Under the pieces are notes generated by a model. That model did no database searches. It saw only the letters and a list, made by a program, of their open reading frames with translations, and was not told the DNA's origin. From Methylicorpusculum sp. (GTDB lineage: Bacteria > Pseudomonadota > Gammaproteobacteria > Methylococcales > Methylomonadaceae), in the NCBI RefSeq assembly GCF_030651835.1, contig NZ_JAUSBX010000107.1, positions 3 through 64,002 of the forward strand: 64,000 bases of DNA, written 5' to 3'. Positions 46,214 through 55,979 of the stretch are shown piece by piece (the stretch's first letter is position 1; every line of letters starts with the position of its first letter). Position numbers and translations under genes: made by a program.

Positions 46214-46360
46214 TCTGTTCACCCCTTCCGATTTAATGGGGTGTAGGTAATTGATTGAAAAGGCTTCTGCAACAGGGATGTTGCAGAGAGCTTCATGGAC
46301 GAATTCACGCGTCCTTTGAAATCAATCACCTACATCCAAAATTCAACGCGGGTGAGTAGT
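46214..46360 (+). repeat. MITE-like repeat family 2
   Basis: Reverse-complement partner of 5638-5784; loops AGGGAU and AUGGAC. Confidence 0.82.
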
Positions 46361-46414
46361 TACAAATCTGTGTCTGAAACCGTTGCCGCAGGCAACAACG
46401 GTCAACCCGTTCAT

Positions 46415-48238
46415 TCACAAATGAATGTCGCCAAATTGTAAAGCCGCCAGCCGCGCATAAAGTCCGCCTTGCGCTAACAGTGCCTGATGCGTTCCATTCG
46501 CTACAATTCTGCCTTTATCCATCACCACAATGCGATCGGCGTTTAATACAGTAGCCAAGCGATGCGCAATAACCAGCGTGGTGCGATTTTTCATGACTTG
46601 CTCCATCGCTGCCTGTACCCATTTTTCACTCTCCGCATCCAATGCGCTGGTCGCTTCATCCAGTAGCAGGATAGGTGGATTTTTTAAAATGGCTCTGGCA
46701 ATGGCGATACGCTGGCGCTGGCCTCCGGAAAGTCGGATGCCTCGCTCGCCTAAAAAGGTGTTGTAACCCTCAGGAAGATGGCTGATAAATTCATCCGCCG
46801 CAGCCGCTTTTGCCGCCGCTTTAATCTCATCATCGCTAGCATCCAGTTTACCCATCCGAATGTTTTCCATGACATCTGCAGCAAAAATAACCGTATCCTG
46901 AGGAACAATACCGATACTGCGACGCAACTGATCAATATCAGCCTCGGTTATATTTGTTCCTCCCAAACGAATACTACCGTGCTGCGGGTCGTAAAAGCGC
47001 AGCAATAATTGAAAAACGGTACTTTTCCCTGCTCCGGACGGCCCCACCAAAGCCACAGTCTCACCCGGTTCAATCGTTAATGAAAAAACGTCCAATGCGT
47101 ATTGTTCGGATCTTGACGGATAACTGAAGTACACCTGATCGAATTGAATCCGGTCAATAGTCCGCGGATTAATGACTATCGGATGCTCAACCCGGCTCAG
47201 TGTCGGCAACTGATTCAACAGCTGTAAAATACGCTCCATGGCACCAGCCGCTCTTTGAACATCACCCCAAACTTCAGTTAATGACGCAGTATTGGAAGCC
47301 ACAATGATCGCATACATCAAAAACTGGCTTAACTCTCCAACAGTCAACTGACCCGCCATCACGAAACGGGCGCCGATCCAGATAACCGCCATGATCGCGC
47401 TGAACACAATAAAGAGTGCAAATGCGGATAATAAAGCGCGGGCTTTTAAACGGCGCCTAGCCGTGGAAAAAGCAGTTGCCACCGAATCATTAAAACGACC
47501 GGAGTGATAAGTCTCCAATACATAGGCTTGAACAAGATGAATCGCATTCAGCGTTTCACCGGCTATCGCACTGGATTGTGCAATAGAATCCTGATTGATT
47601 TTGGACAAATACCGGACCTTTCGGCCAAAGAAAATGATCGGAAATATCACCAAAGGCACAATCACAACAATCAGTCCGGTCAACTCGGGACTGGTTAGTG
47701 TCAACATAAAAAGACTGCCCATCAGTAAAAACAGGCTGCGCAACGTGACCGAAAGACCGGCGCCGACCACCGACTGCACCAATGTGGTATCGGTGGTCAA
47801 TCGGGACAAAACTTCACCGGAGGGCGTCTCTTCATAAAAGACCGGATCCATCGCCAAAACATGTTGATACAAAGTTGAGCGAATGTCGGCAACTATACGC
47901 TCACCCAGCCACATGACCAGGTAATATCTCAGTGCTGAAAACAAGGACATCACGACAACAATTGCCAGCAGAATCAAAAAATACCGGTCGATAACCGCTT
48001 GCTGATTAACAAAAAATCCCTGATCGACAATATTCCTGATAACTAAGGGGAGAGAAAGCGATGAAGCTGCAGCTATCACCAGTGCAACAAACGCCATCAG
48101 CATTCTGAGTTTATAGGGCTTGAAAAAAACGGACAGCCGGCTGAATATTTTGATTTTTGCCGAGGCTACACGGGCAATAGATTCATTCAATGAAGTGAGT
48201 TCTCTTGTCGTAGTTAAGATAATAAAAAAGCCGATCAC
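46415..48238 (-). CDS. ABC exporter, fused permease/ATPase (MsbA/AtmA-like)
   Basis: Six TM helices, GPSGAGKS, LSGGQRQR, LLLDEATSALD. The true start may be somewhat downstream of 48238. Confidence 0.9.
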   Translation of the reverse strand: MIGFFIILTTTRELTSLNESIARVASAKIKIFSRLSVFFKPYKLRMLMAFVALVIAAASSLSLPLVIRNIVDQGFFVNQQAVIDRYFLILLAIVVVMSLFSALRYYLVMWLGERIVADIRSTLYQHVLAMDPVFYEETPSGEVLSRLTTDTTLVQSVVGAGLSVTLRSLFLLMGSLFMLTLTSPELTGLIVVIVPLVIFPIIFFGRKVRYLSKINQDSIAQSSAIAGETLNAIHLVQAYVLETYHSGRFNDSVATAFSTARRRLKARALLSAFALFIVFSAIMAVIWIGARFVMAGQLTVGELSQFLMYAIIVASNTASLTEVWGDVQRAAGAMERILQLLNQLPTLSRVEHPIVINPRTIDRIQFDQVYFSYPSRSEQYALDVFSLTIEPGETVALVGPSGAGKSTVFQLLLRFYDPQHGSIRLGGTNITEADIDQLRRSIGIVPQDTVIFAADVMENIRMGKLDASDDEIKAAAKAAAADEFISHLPEGYNTFLGERGIRLSGGQRQRIAIARAILKNPPILLLDEATSALDAESEKWVQAAMEQVMKNRTTLVIAHRLATVLNADRIVVMDKGRIVANGTHQALLAQGGLYARLAALQFGDIHL

Positions 48239-48308
48239 GGTTAGACAAACTAACCCTGACCGGCTTTACTCTGTAGCTTTAGACGAACTAAAGTTCAAAC
48301 GGGGTTTA

Positions 48309-48698
48309 TTACATTTTATGATTTTTCATCATTTGCATCATATGCATATGATGCGATTTCATGAGTTCAATTTGTTGATCTTTTAGTGCCTGTTTTTTAG
48401 CAGGGTCGGTTTCTGCGAGAATTTTATTGGAAAGATCATGCATTTTAAGGTCATGTTCTTGCCTCATCTTCATATGCTCCATCATTTTGGATTCATCCAT
48501 GTTCCCCATGCCGCCTTCTTTACCGCCTCCCATACCGGCCATACCTTCTTCTTTACCAGCACCCATGCCAGCCTTATGTTTCATGGGTTTATCCATTTTC
48601 ATATCGGACTTTTGGGGCATATTATCTTCCATCGCCACAGCCAGCGGTCCAAACTGGGTCAGCACTAAAAATAAACAGGTTTTCATTATTATATTCAT
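48309..48698 (-). CDS. Met/His-rich exported protein (putative copper-binding)
   Basis: AGGAG RBS, signal peptide, about 22 Met and 8 His in the ~107-aa mature chain, C-terminal HHMHMMQMM. Confidence 0.75.
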   Translation of the reverse strand: MNIIMKTCLFLVLTQFGPLAVAMEDNMPQKSDMKMDKPMKHKAGMGAGKEEGMAGMGGGKEGGMGNMDESKMMEHMKMRQEHDLKMHDLSNKILAETDPAKKQALKDQQIELMKSHHMHMMQMMKNHKM

Positions 48699-49090
48699 GG
48701 TGTCTCTCCTCGTTAAATTGCATACCGAACATAACACGTTAATCAGCATCAGTCATCTGTTGACAAGGTTGAATTCATAAAAATCAGGCACTCATTTAGT
48801 GCTAAAAGTATTTTACGCACCACTATGAAACAAAATAACTCCTTTACTTTCTCCTTAGCGCCTTTAAATCCCAATTAATTCAAGTAATTGCCAAACAAGA
48901 TGAGTAAGGAACATTTATTGCTATATAGTGAGCTAACGCGCCCCATTATGAATCGTTCCTATACTTTGCAAGCCTGTTTCTGTCGCAAACAATTAACCGT
49001 CCGTTGCCTTTTTGTTCAGCTAATGCCCAATATAACCGTCTTGAGTTCATCGCAGCCGGGCATCCCGACACCTGATATCATGCCAACAAA

Positions 49091-52000
49091 ATGAGCCGTC
49101 CTATTCATCAAACCATTTCAAAAATTCGCCGGGATTATAATTCCTGGGTTGCCGATGAAACGATGGAAGATTACGCGCTCAGATTTGCACCGCGCAGTTT
49201 TCGTAAATGGTCTGAATTTCAGGTAGCCAACACCGCATTCGGATCGACATCATTTTTAGTGCTTGAGGCTATTGGCGGATTTTTGTCCATCAATTACGGA
49301 TTCACCAATGCTTTCTGGGCCATTTTAGTGGTGGGTTTGGTCATTTTTATTACCAGCTTTCCGATCAGCTATTATGCGGCCCGCTATAACATCGACATTG
49401 ATCTGCTAACGCGCAGCGCGGGTTTTGGCTACATTGGCTCAACCATAACCTCGCTGATTTACGCGTCGTTTACGTTTACCTTATTCGCACTGGAAGCGTC
49501 CATCATGTCGCTGGCGCTGGAATTATATTTTCATATGCCGCTGGCTCTCGCTCATGTGGTCAGCGCTGTCCTGGTGATACCACTGGTGACCTTCGGCGTC
49601 ACCACGATCAGTAAATTACAATTATGGACGCAACCCGTCTGGCTCATCATGTTGATTGCCCCTTATGTCGCGGTTTTTGTACATGAACCGGAAGCGCAGT
49701 TAACCCTCTCCACTTATTTCTGGATCGCCGGAAGCGGCAAGGGATTCGATGCATTGCTGTTTGGCAGCGCGGCAACGGTGGCTTTTTCGATGATGGCTCA
49801 GATCGGCGAACAGGTGGACTTTTTAAGGTTTATGCCTGAAAAAAAACATGAGAATAGATTTCGCTGGTGGGCCGGAGTTTTTGCAGCCGGCCCCGGCTGG
49901 ATTTTATTCGGCATGCTCAGACAATTAGGCGGTGCCTTGCTGGCTCATCTGGCAATCCGAAATGGAATAAGCCCGGAGCATGCGCATGAGCCGACACAAA
50001 TGTACCAAATTGCCTACGGTACGCTGTTTAGTAATCCGGAATGGGTTGCAGCCTGCACTTTAGTGTTTGTAATTATCAGTCAGCTCAAAATCAATGTCAC
50101 CAATGCTTACGCCGGATCGCTGGCATGGTCGAATTTTTTCTCCCGCCTGACCCATACCCATCCGGGGCGGGTTATCTGGCTGTTCTTCAATGTCGCGATT
50201 GCTTTGCTGTTGATGGAGTTTGGCGTATTCGGCGCTTTAGAAAAAGTGCTGGGCCTTTTTTCGCATATGTCTATCGCCTGGATCAGCGCTGTAGCCGCAG
50301 AGTTTTTAATCAACAAACCGCTAAAATTAAGCCCCCCAATCGTCGAGTTTAAAAGAGCCTACCTGCCGGATCTGAATCCGGTCGGCATCATTGCAACCCT
50401 CGTGGCTTCGGTGATATCGATTTTGTCTTACATCGGTCTGTTTGGTGTCTATCCTCAAGCTTTTTCGGCTTTTATCGCGCTTGGGCTGGCTTTTCTATTA
50501 AGCCCTCTGATGGCCTGGCGGTTCGGTAACAGACATTACCTCGCTCGCGACCGACATGAAAATAACAGTGCCGCACATCAAAAATGCAGCATCTGCGAAA
50601 ACCAATTTGAACAGGAGGATTTAGCTTATTGTCCGGCTTATTCGGGTTCTATCTGTTCCTTGTGTTGCACTCTGGACGCCCGCTGTCTCGATGCCTGCAA
50701 ACCTGGTTTTAGGCTGGACGATTACCTGGAAGTGTTTGCCAACCGGATCTTCCCGGCCAGCATGTCACTGCACTCCAAATTAAGATTACTGCGCTTTTTT
50801 CTGTTATTCGGATTTTTGACCATACTCACCAGTATTTTCATAGGCATTATTTATTACCAGGATTTATTGGTTGCGCAAAAGTACTTGCCCTCTTTCGACC
50901 TCTTATTAGCCAATTTCGTCAAAATTTATGCCTCTCTGCTGGTCTTCATCGGCTTGTGTACCTGGTGGTTGATATTGAACGACGAAAGCCGCCGCTTTGC
51001 GCATGAAGAAACCGCCAAACAAACGCAATTATTATTGATGGAAATCGACGAACATAAAAAAACCGATATAAAACTGGAACAGGCGCTGAAAATGGCTGAC
51101 CAGGCCAATAGCGCGAAAAGCCGCTTTTTAAGCAATATGAGTCATGAAATAAGAACACCGCTCAACAGCATCATAGGATATGCCTATGTCTTGCAAAAGG
51201 ACCCGGCCATCCCCGAACATCGACGCTCCGCCATCGACATTCTCAAACGCAGCGGCGAACATTTATCCTCGTTAATTGAGGATATTCTGGATATTGCCCG
51301 CATAGAAGCCAGAAAGTTTGAATTAAAATCCGAACCTATCAACTTTCCGGTATTTATTGAACATTTAGTGAGAATTTACAAAGCTCAAGCAGAGGATAAA
51401 GGCTTGAATTTTTGCTGCCAGATCACTCAATCATTGCCGCAACGCATCAAAGGTGATGAAAAACGCGTTCGGCAAATATTAATTAACATATTAAGCAATG
51501 CGGTTAAATTCACTTCTTCAGGAGATATCCTGTTCCGTATCGGCTACAGCGGTGAAGTGGCTACCTTTCAGATAACCGATACGGGCCGGGGTATCAGGGA
51601 AGAGGAATTACAAAATATTTTCCAGCCTTTTACGCGTTTGATGGATACGGCCGATCATCCTGTTTCAGGCAGCGGCTTGGGGCTCACAATCAGCAAAATA
51701 CTGGCAGAAATCATGGGCGGTGAACTCACAGTAAAAAGCCTGCCTGAACAGGGATCCACCTTTACTGTCCGTTTGTTTCTGCCCAATCAGGGCGGGGATA
51801 ACTACATCGAGCGAGAGGCCGACATTATCGGTTATCTCGGCCCCCAAAAGACGGTCTTAATCATTGACGACCAACCCGAACACCGTGATCTGATGTGCTC
51901 CATTCTGCGGCCTTTAAGGTTTAATACATTACAGGCTGATTCCGGCGAAGCCGGCTTATTGGCGGTTGCTCAACAGATTCCTGATTTGATCCTGCTGGAT

Positions 52001-52456
52001 ATCAGCATGCCGGGCCTGGATGGCGTTGCTACGGCGATACAACTGCGCCAGCAGGGCCATACCTTCCCGATCATCGTACTAAGTGCCAACGCCTACAGCT
52101 CAGACCGGCTTGCAGCTATCCACGCCGGATGTAACGATTTTCTCAGTAAACCGATACAGATAGCAGATCTGCTATACAAGCTCAAACTGCATCTTGCCCT
52201 GGATTGGGTTTACGAAGGCGAAGAAGATCCTGACAACAAGCCCGCAGTTACTATCGCGCTGATTCCTCCAGACTCGGAAGTTCTCGAAATATTGCAGGCT
52301 TTTGTTAGAATTGGCGACATTTTGGGATTGAAAGCCGCGATTCATCAGATGCAAAAAAACGGCAGGATACATGAAGGCTTTTCAACAAAACTGATCGCAC
52401 TGGCCGATGATTTTAAACTTTCAGAACTCAAACAAATACTGACTTATGCAACATGA
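49091..52456 (+). CDS. Hybrid sensor histidine kinase with N-terminal NCS1/APC-like transporter domain, Cys cluster, HisKA, HATPase and REC
   Basis: More than 12 TM helices, CxxC...C...CxxCC...C...C cluster, MSHEIRTPLN H-box, G1/G2 boxes, C-terminal REC (LILLD...KP). Confidence 0.88.
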   Translation: MSRPIHQTISKIRRDYNSWVADETMEDYALRFAPRSFRKWSEFQVANTAFGSTSFLVLEAIGGFLSINYGFTNAFWAILVVGLVIFITSFPISYYAARYNIDIDLLTRSAGFGYIGSTITSLIYASFTFTLFALEASIMSLALELYFHMPLALAHVVSAVLVIPLVTFGVTTISKLQLWTQPVWLIMLIAPYVAVFVHEPEAQLTLSTYFWIAGSGKGFDALLFGSAATVAFSMMAQIGEQVDFLRFMPEKKHENRFRWWAGVFAAGPGWILFGMLRQLGGALLAHLAIRNGISPEHAHEPTQMYQIAYGTLFSNPEWVAACTLVFVIISQLKINVTNAYAGSLAWSNFFSRLTHTHPGRVIWLFFNVAIALLLMEFGVFGALEKVLGLFSHMSIAWISAVAAEFLINKPLKLSPPIVEFKRAYLPDLNPVGIIATLVASVISILSYIGLFGVYPQAFSAFIALGLAFLLSPLMAWRFGNRHYLARDRHENNSAAHQKCSICENQFEQEDLAYCPAYSGSICSLCCTLDARCLDACKPGFRLDDYLEVFANRIFPASMSLHSKLRLLRFFLLFGFLTILTSIFIGIIYYQDLLVAQKYLPSFDLLLANFVKIYASLLVFIGLCTWWLILNDESRRFAHEETAKQTQLLLMEIDEHKKTDIKLEQALKMADQANSAKSRFLSNMSHEIRTPLNSIIGYAYVLQKDPAIPEHRRSAIDILKRSGEHLSSLIEDILDIARIEARKFELKSEPINFPVFIEHLVRIYKAQAEDKGLNFCCQITQSLPQRIKGDEKRVRQILINILSNAVKFTSSGDILFRIGYSGEVATFQITDTGRGIREEELQNIFQPFTRLMDTADHPVSGSGLGLTISKILAEIMGGELTVKSLPEQGSTFTVRLFLPNQGGDNYIEREADIIGYLGPQKTVLIIDDQPEHRDLMCSILRPLRFNTLQADSGEAGLLAVAQQIPDLILLDISMPGLDGVATAIQLRQQGHTFPIIVLSANAYSSDRLAAIHAGCNDFLSKPIQIADLLYKLKLHLALDWVYEGEEDPDNKPAVTIALIPPDSEVLEILQAFVRIGDILGLKAAIHQMQKNGRIHEGFSTKLIALADDFKLSELKQILTYAT

Positions 52457-53388
52457 TAACTGAACCCCTTTTCCATAACGGGACGGTCATGATTGTCGAT
52501 GATACCCCCGGCAATCTGGCTATGCTGTCTGACCTGCTTTCCGAAGCGGGTTATCGCGTTCTGGTCGCTACTGACGGTGTCTCAGCCATCGAACAAATCG
52601 GCTTTTTAAAACCTGACATTATATTGCTGGATGTGATGATGCCCGGCATTGACGGCTTTGAAACCTGTCAACGTTTGAAATCAGACCCTGCAACTGGCGA
52701 TATTCCGTTGCTGTTTATGACTGGTTTGACTGAATTAGAGCATTTGCTGAGAGGTTTTGAGGAAGGTGGTCTGGATTATATCGTCAAACCCGTTCGTCCC
52801 CCTGAAGTGTTGGCCAGAATTGAAGTGCACCTGAATCAAGCCAGACAGATGCAACAAGTTCGAATGGCATTGGATCATAGCGCAGTCTCGGTGGTGACGG
52901 TCAATACAAGCGCTGAAATCACCTGGATGACCGTGGCGGCCAAAACCATACTCCATTCAATTACAGAAAGACAAGTGGCGTCTGAACAAAATGATTTTGC
53001 TGATGCCCTGCCATCGCCCATTCACGATTGGATCATGCAAGCCATCAAACACTCTGTTACTTCAGGAGCCGATCAAATAGGGACAGATTTTGCCTATAAA
53101 GGCATAGTATTCACCCTAATGCCTTGTGAACATTCTCCTGAATATCTGCTTTTTCTTTCAAAACGACAGGAAACATGGGATTTGGACGCACTGCGGGAAT
53201 CACTCGGTCTGACCGGGCGAGAAGCTGAAATACTGATGTGGATTTCACGGGGTAAAACGAATAAAGAAGTGGGCATCATCCTCGGCAGCAGTCCCCGCAC
53301 GGTCAATAAACACCTTGAGCATATATTCGAGAAGCTGGGCGTATCAACCCGAGCTGCGGCAGTTGCCAAAGCATTTCAATCAAGTTAA
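52453..53388 (+). CDS. Response regulator, REC plus LuxR-type HTH
   Basis: VDD...ILLDVMMP...KP; LTGREAEILMWISRGKTNKEVGIIL; ATGA overlap with the kinase. Confidence 0.9.
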   Translation: MITEPLFHNGTVMIVDDTPGNLAMLSDLLSEAGYRVLVATDGVSAIEQIGFLKPDIILLDVMMPGIDGFETCQRLKSDPATGDIPLLFMTGLTELEHLLRGFEEGGLDYIVKPVRPPEVLARIEVHLNQARQMQQVRMALDHSAVSVVTVNTSAEITWMTVAAKTILHSITERQVASEQNDFADALPSPIHDWIMQAIKHSVTSGADQIGTDFAYKGIVFTLMPCEHSPEYLLFLSKRQETWDLDALRESLGLTGREAEILMWISRGKTNKEVGIILGSSPRTVNKHLEHIFEKLGVSTRAAAVAKAFQSS

Positions 53389-53456
53389 TGATCGCAGTTG
53401 AAATCAGATTTTCAAGACCTTGCCTTCATATGAGGATGGCTAATCGCTTGACGGAA

Positions 53457-55940
53457 TTAGACTAAGACCGAAGGCGTATCGCAGCCGTAACCTTGAACAT
53501 AGTCCACCTTCAAATCCAGCAGCATTTTTAAAACTGCATCATTTTCGACAAATTTGGCAATGGTTTTTTTACCCATCAAGTGAGCGATATCGTTGATTGA
53601 CTTGACCATCTCCAATGAGACTGGATCGGACTCGATATTACGGACATGGATACCATCCATTTTAAGGAAGTCGACTTGAAGATTTTTAAGATAAGCAAAC
53701 GATGAAAAGCCGCTACCAAAATCGTCCAGAGAAAACAAGCAACCCAACTCTTTAAGCGAGATGATGAATTCTGTTGCCGAAGTCAAATTGGCAATAATGG
53801 CGGTTTCAGTGATTTCAAAACAAAACTTATCGGGCGGCAAACCCGTTTTTTTAAATTGTTCGACTAAAAATCCAGACATATTTTTGCCCACCAGACTGGA
53901 AGCGGAAAGATTAATCGAACACAACGCTAAGGCCTGCAAGCGATCAGGTTGCTGGAGGAACCAGTCGAATAGGTTACGGATTACCCATTGGTCCAGCTCA
54001 ACAGCGAGTTGATAACGTTCTGCTGCAGGAATAAAAGCGCACGGCAAGATCACATTGCCATCCTCGTCTTCCAAGCGAATCAATATTTCGTAATGCTCGC
54101 CCTCTTCCACGCTGGAATTTAAAGCCATGATCTTTTGCCGGTAGAGCTTGAATCGATTTTGGCTTAACGCATCCTTGATTTTTTCAGGCCAGGGCAACTC
54201 ATTTTGACGCAGGATATTGGCCTGATCCTGTTCGTCAAATACGTGAGATCGGTTACGACCGCCTTTCTTGGCAAGGTAGCAAGCCATATCCGCACGCTCC
54301 AACAGATCATCAAAGGCGCCGTTTTCAGCATTAATCAATACCAGACCGATACTGACGCCGATCCGAAAACATTTGTTTTCCCAATAAAACTGAAATTGTT
54401 CGATTTGCTTGTGGATACGCTCCGTTGTCACCAGCGCCTGCTGCAGCGAACAATGTTCCATCAAAATAGCAAACTCATCGCCTCCCAAACGGGCAATAGA
54501 ATCTCTGTACCGGATCAGTTTTGAGAATTGGCCGCTGATTTGGCGCAGCAGTTCATCTCCGGCCGAATGATTACAGGTGTCGTTTACAATTTTAAAATTG
54601 TCCAGATCCAGATAGCATAAAACATGCTCGGAATTATTGATTTTCGCCGTATTGATAATCCGTTTTAAGCGCCGGTCGAACTCACTGCGATTGATCAGGT
54701 CAGTCAATGAATCGTGAGTGGCCTGATGAGAAATTTGTTCTCGCTGAAGAAGTGCTTCTGTGACATCTTCCTGGATTGCAACGTAATGAGTCACGCACTT
54801 ATCGGAATTCAGCATGGGGGCTATGGATTGTTGAGCCCAGTACAATTGACCTGTTTTCTTTCTATTTTTAAAAACACCCCGCCAAATTTGACCTGAAGAA
54901 ATAGTATCCCAAAGCATCTTGTATTCAAACGGGGGCGTTTCGCCTGAACTGAATATACGAGGATTTTGACCTAACACTTCATCGGCGGTATAACCTGAAA
55001 TATCAACTATTTTGGGATTGGCATATTCAATCGTTCCGTTACTGTCGGTGATGTATATCAGATTAGGGCTGTTTTCAACCGCCAGATTGAGTTTACGCAG
55101 CATATTTTCGGAAAGTTTACGGTCATTAATATCCCTGATGACACCGTAAGTGCCGACAAACTCTTTATTGTCCTGTTTCTTTTTATAAATGCCTTTGGAA
55201 CTGAGTACAATCGTGATCGAATTGGCTTCAACATATTTTGGCTCGTCACTGTTCTTGCAGCAAAGCCGCAATTCAATCGCTTTGGTCGAACGGTCACCTG
55301 TCCTGCGTTCATTAAAAGCATATTTGGCCTTTTCCATATCAGGTTTGTAGACGAGGTCGGAATAATGTTTACCAAGGACTTCCTGTTTTTCGTAACCTAG
55401 AATTTTGGCTATAGCGTTATTCAAAAATACAAATTCCCCTCTATCGTTCAGCATATAAATGATATCGGGCGAACTGTCGACGAAAAAGCGATGCAGTTGC
55501 TCGGACTTTGACAACTGCGCCTGGATCTTGCTGTTGACCTCTTTTAAGCGGATTTTTTCAGCCGCCATTTCAACCGAGTGTAACAAGGCTTCAACCGCAT
55601 AGGGTTTTTTAATGAATTCCTGAACAAAGTTGAAACGCAAGGATCTGGAGGCTTGAGAAAAAGTGGCTTCACCACTGATAATGACGACCTGAACGTCTAC
55701 CTGTTGACGGTCAATATATTCCAGCAAGTGGTGCCCGTCGTGAATGGGCATATTCAAATCGAGCAGAATCAAGGTGACATCACGCTCGTTGATATATTGA
55801 ATAGCCGCTTCCACATTACCTGCAGTGACGACACGATAACCTGAAAGCCTCAAAATATCTTGAAGGCTATCCCTTACTTTAGGTTCATCGTCGATAACGA
55901 GAATCTCAATATCGGAATTTAAATCAGGTCTTGCATCCAT
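53457..55940 (-). CDS. REC-PAS-PAS-GGDEF-EAL c-di-GMP enzyme
   Basis: REC N-terminus, two PAS domains, RLGGDEF, YEILIRL, DDFGSGFSS; AKFVE replaces the usual AEFVE. Confidence 0.92.
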   Translation of the reverse strand: MDARPDLNSDIEILVIDDEPKVRDSLQDILRLSGYRVVTAGNVEAAIQYINERDVTLILLDLNMPIHDGHHLLEYIDRQQVDVQVVIISGEATFSQASRSLRFNFVQEFIKKPYAVEALLHSVEMAAEKIRLKEVNSKIQAQLSKSEQLHRFFVDSSPDIIYMLNDRGEFVFLNNAIAKILGYEKQEVLGKHYSDLVYKPDMEKAKYAFNERRTGDRSTKAIELRLCCKNSDEPKYVEANSITIVLSSKGIYKKKQDNKEFVGTYGVIRDINDRKLSENMLRKLNLAVENSPNLIYITDSNGTIEYANPKIVDISGYTADEVLGQNPRIFSSGETPPFEYKMLWDTISSGQIWRGVFKNRKKTGQLYWAQQSIAPMLNSDKCVTHYVAIQEDVTEALLQREQISHQATHDSLTDLINRSEFDRRLKRIINTAKINNSEHVLCYLDLDNFKIVNDTCNHSAGDELLRQISGQFSKLIRYRDSIARLGGDEFAILMEHCSLQQALVTTERIHKQIEQFQFYWENKCFRIGVSIGLVLINAENGAFDDLLERADMACYLAKKGGRNRSHVFDEQDQANILRQNELPWPEKIKDALSQNRFKLYRQKIMALNSSVEEGEHYEILIRLEDEDGNVILPCAFIPAAERYQLAVELDQWVIRNLFDWFLQQPDRLQALALCSINLSASSLVGKNMSGFLVEQFKKTGLPPDKFCFEITETAIIANLTSATEFIISLKELGCLFSLDDFGSGFSSFAYLKNLQVDFLKMDGIHVRNIESDPVSLEMVKSINDIAHLMGKKTIAKFVENDAVLKMLLDLKVDYVQGYGCDTPSVLV

Positions 55941-55979
55941 TTTATGGCCTTTATTATGAGATGCTTATTATAGTAGGGG

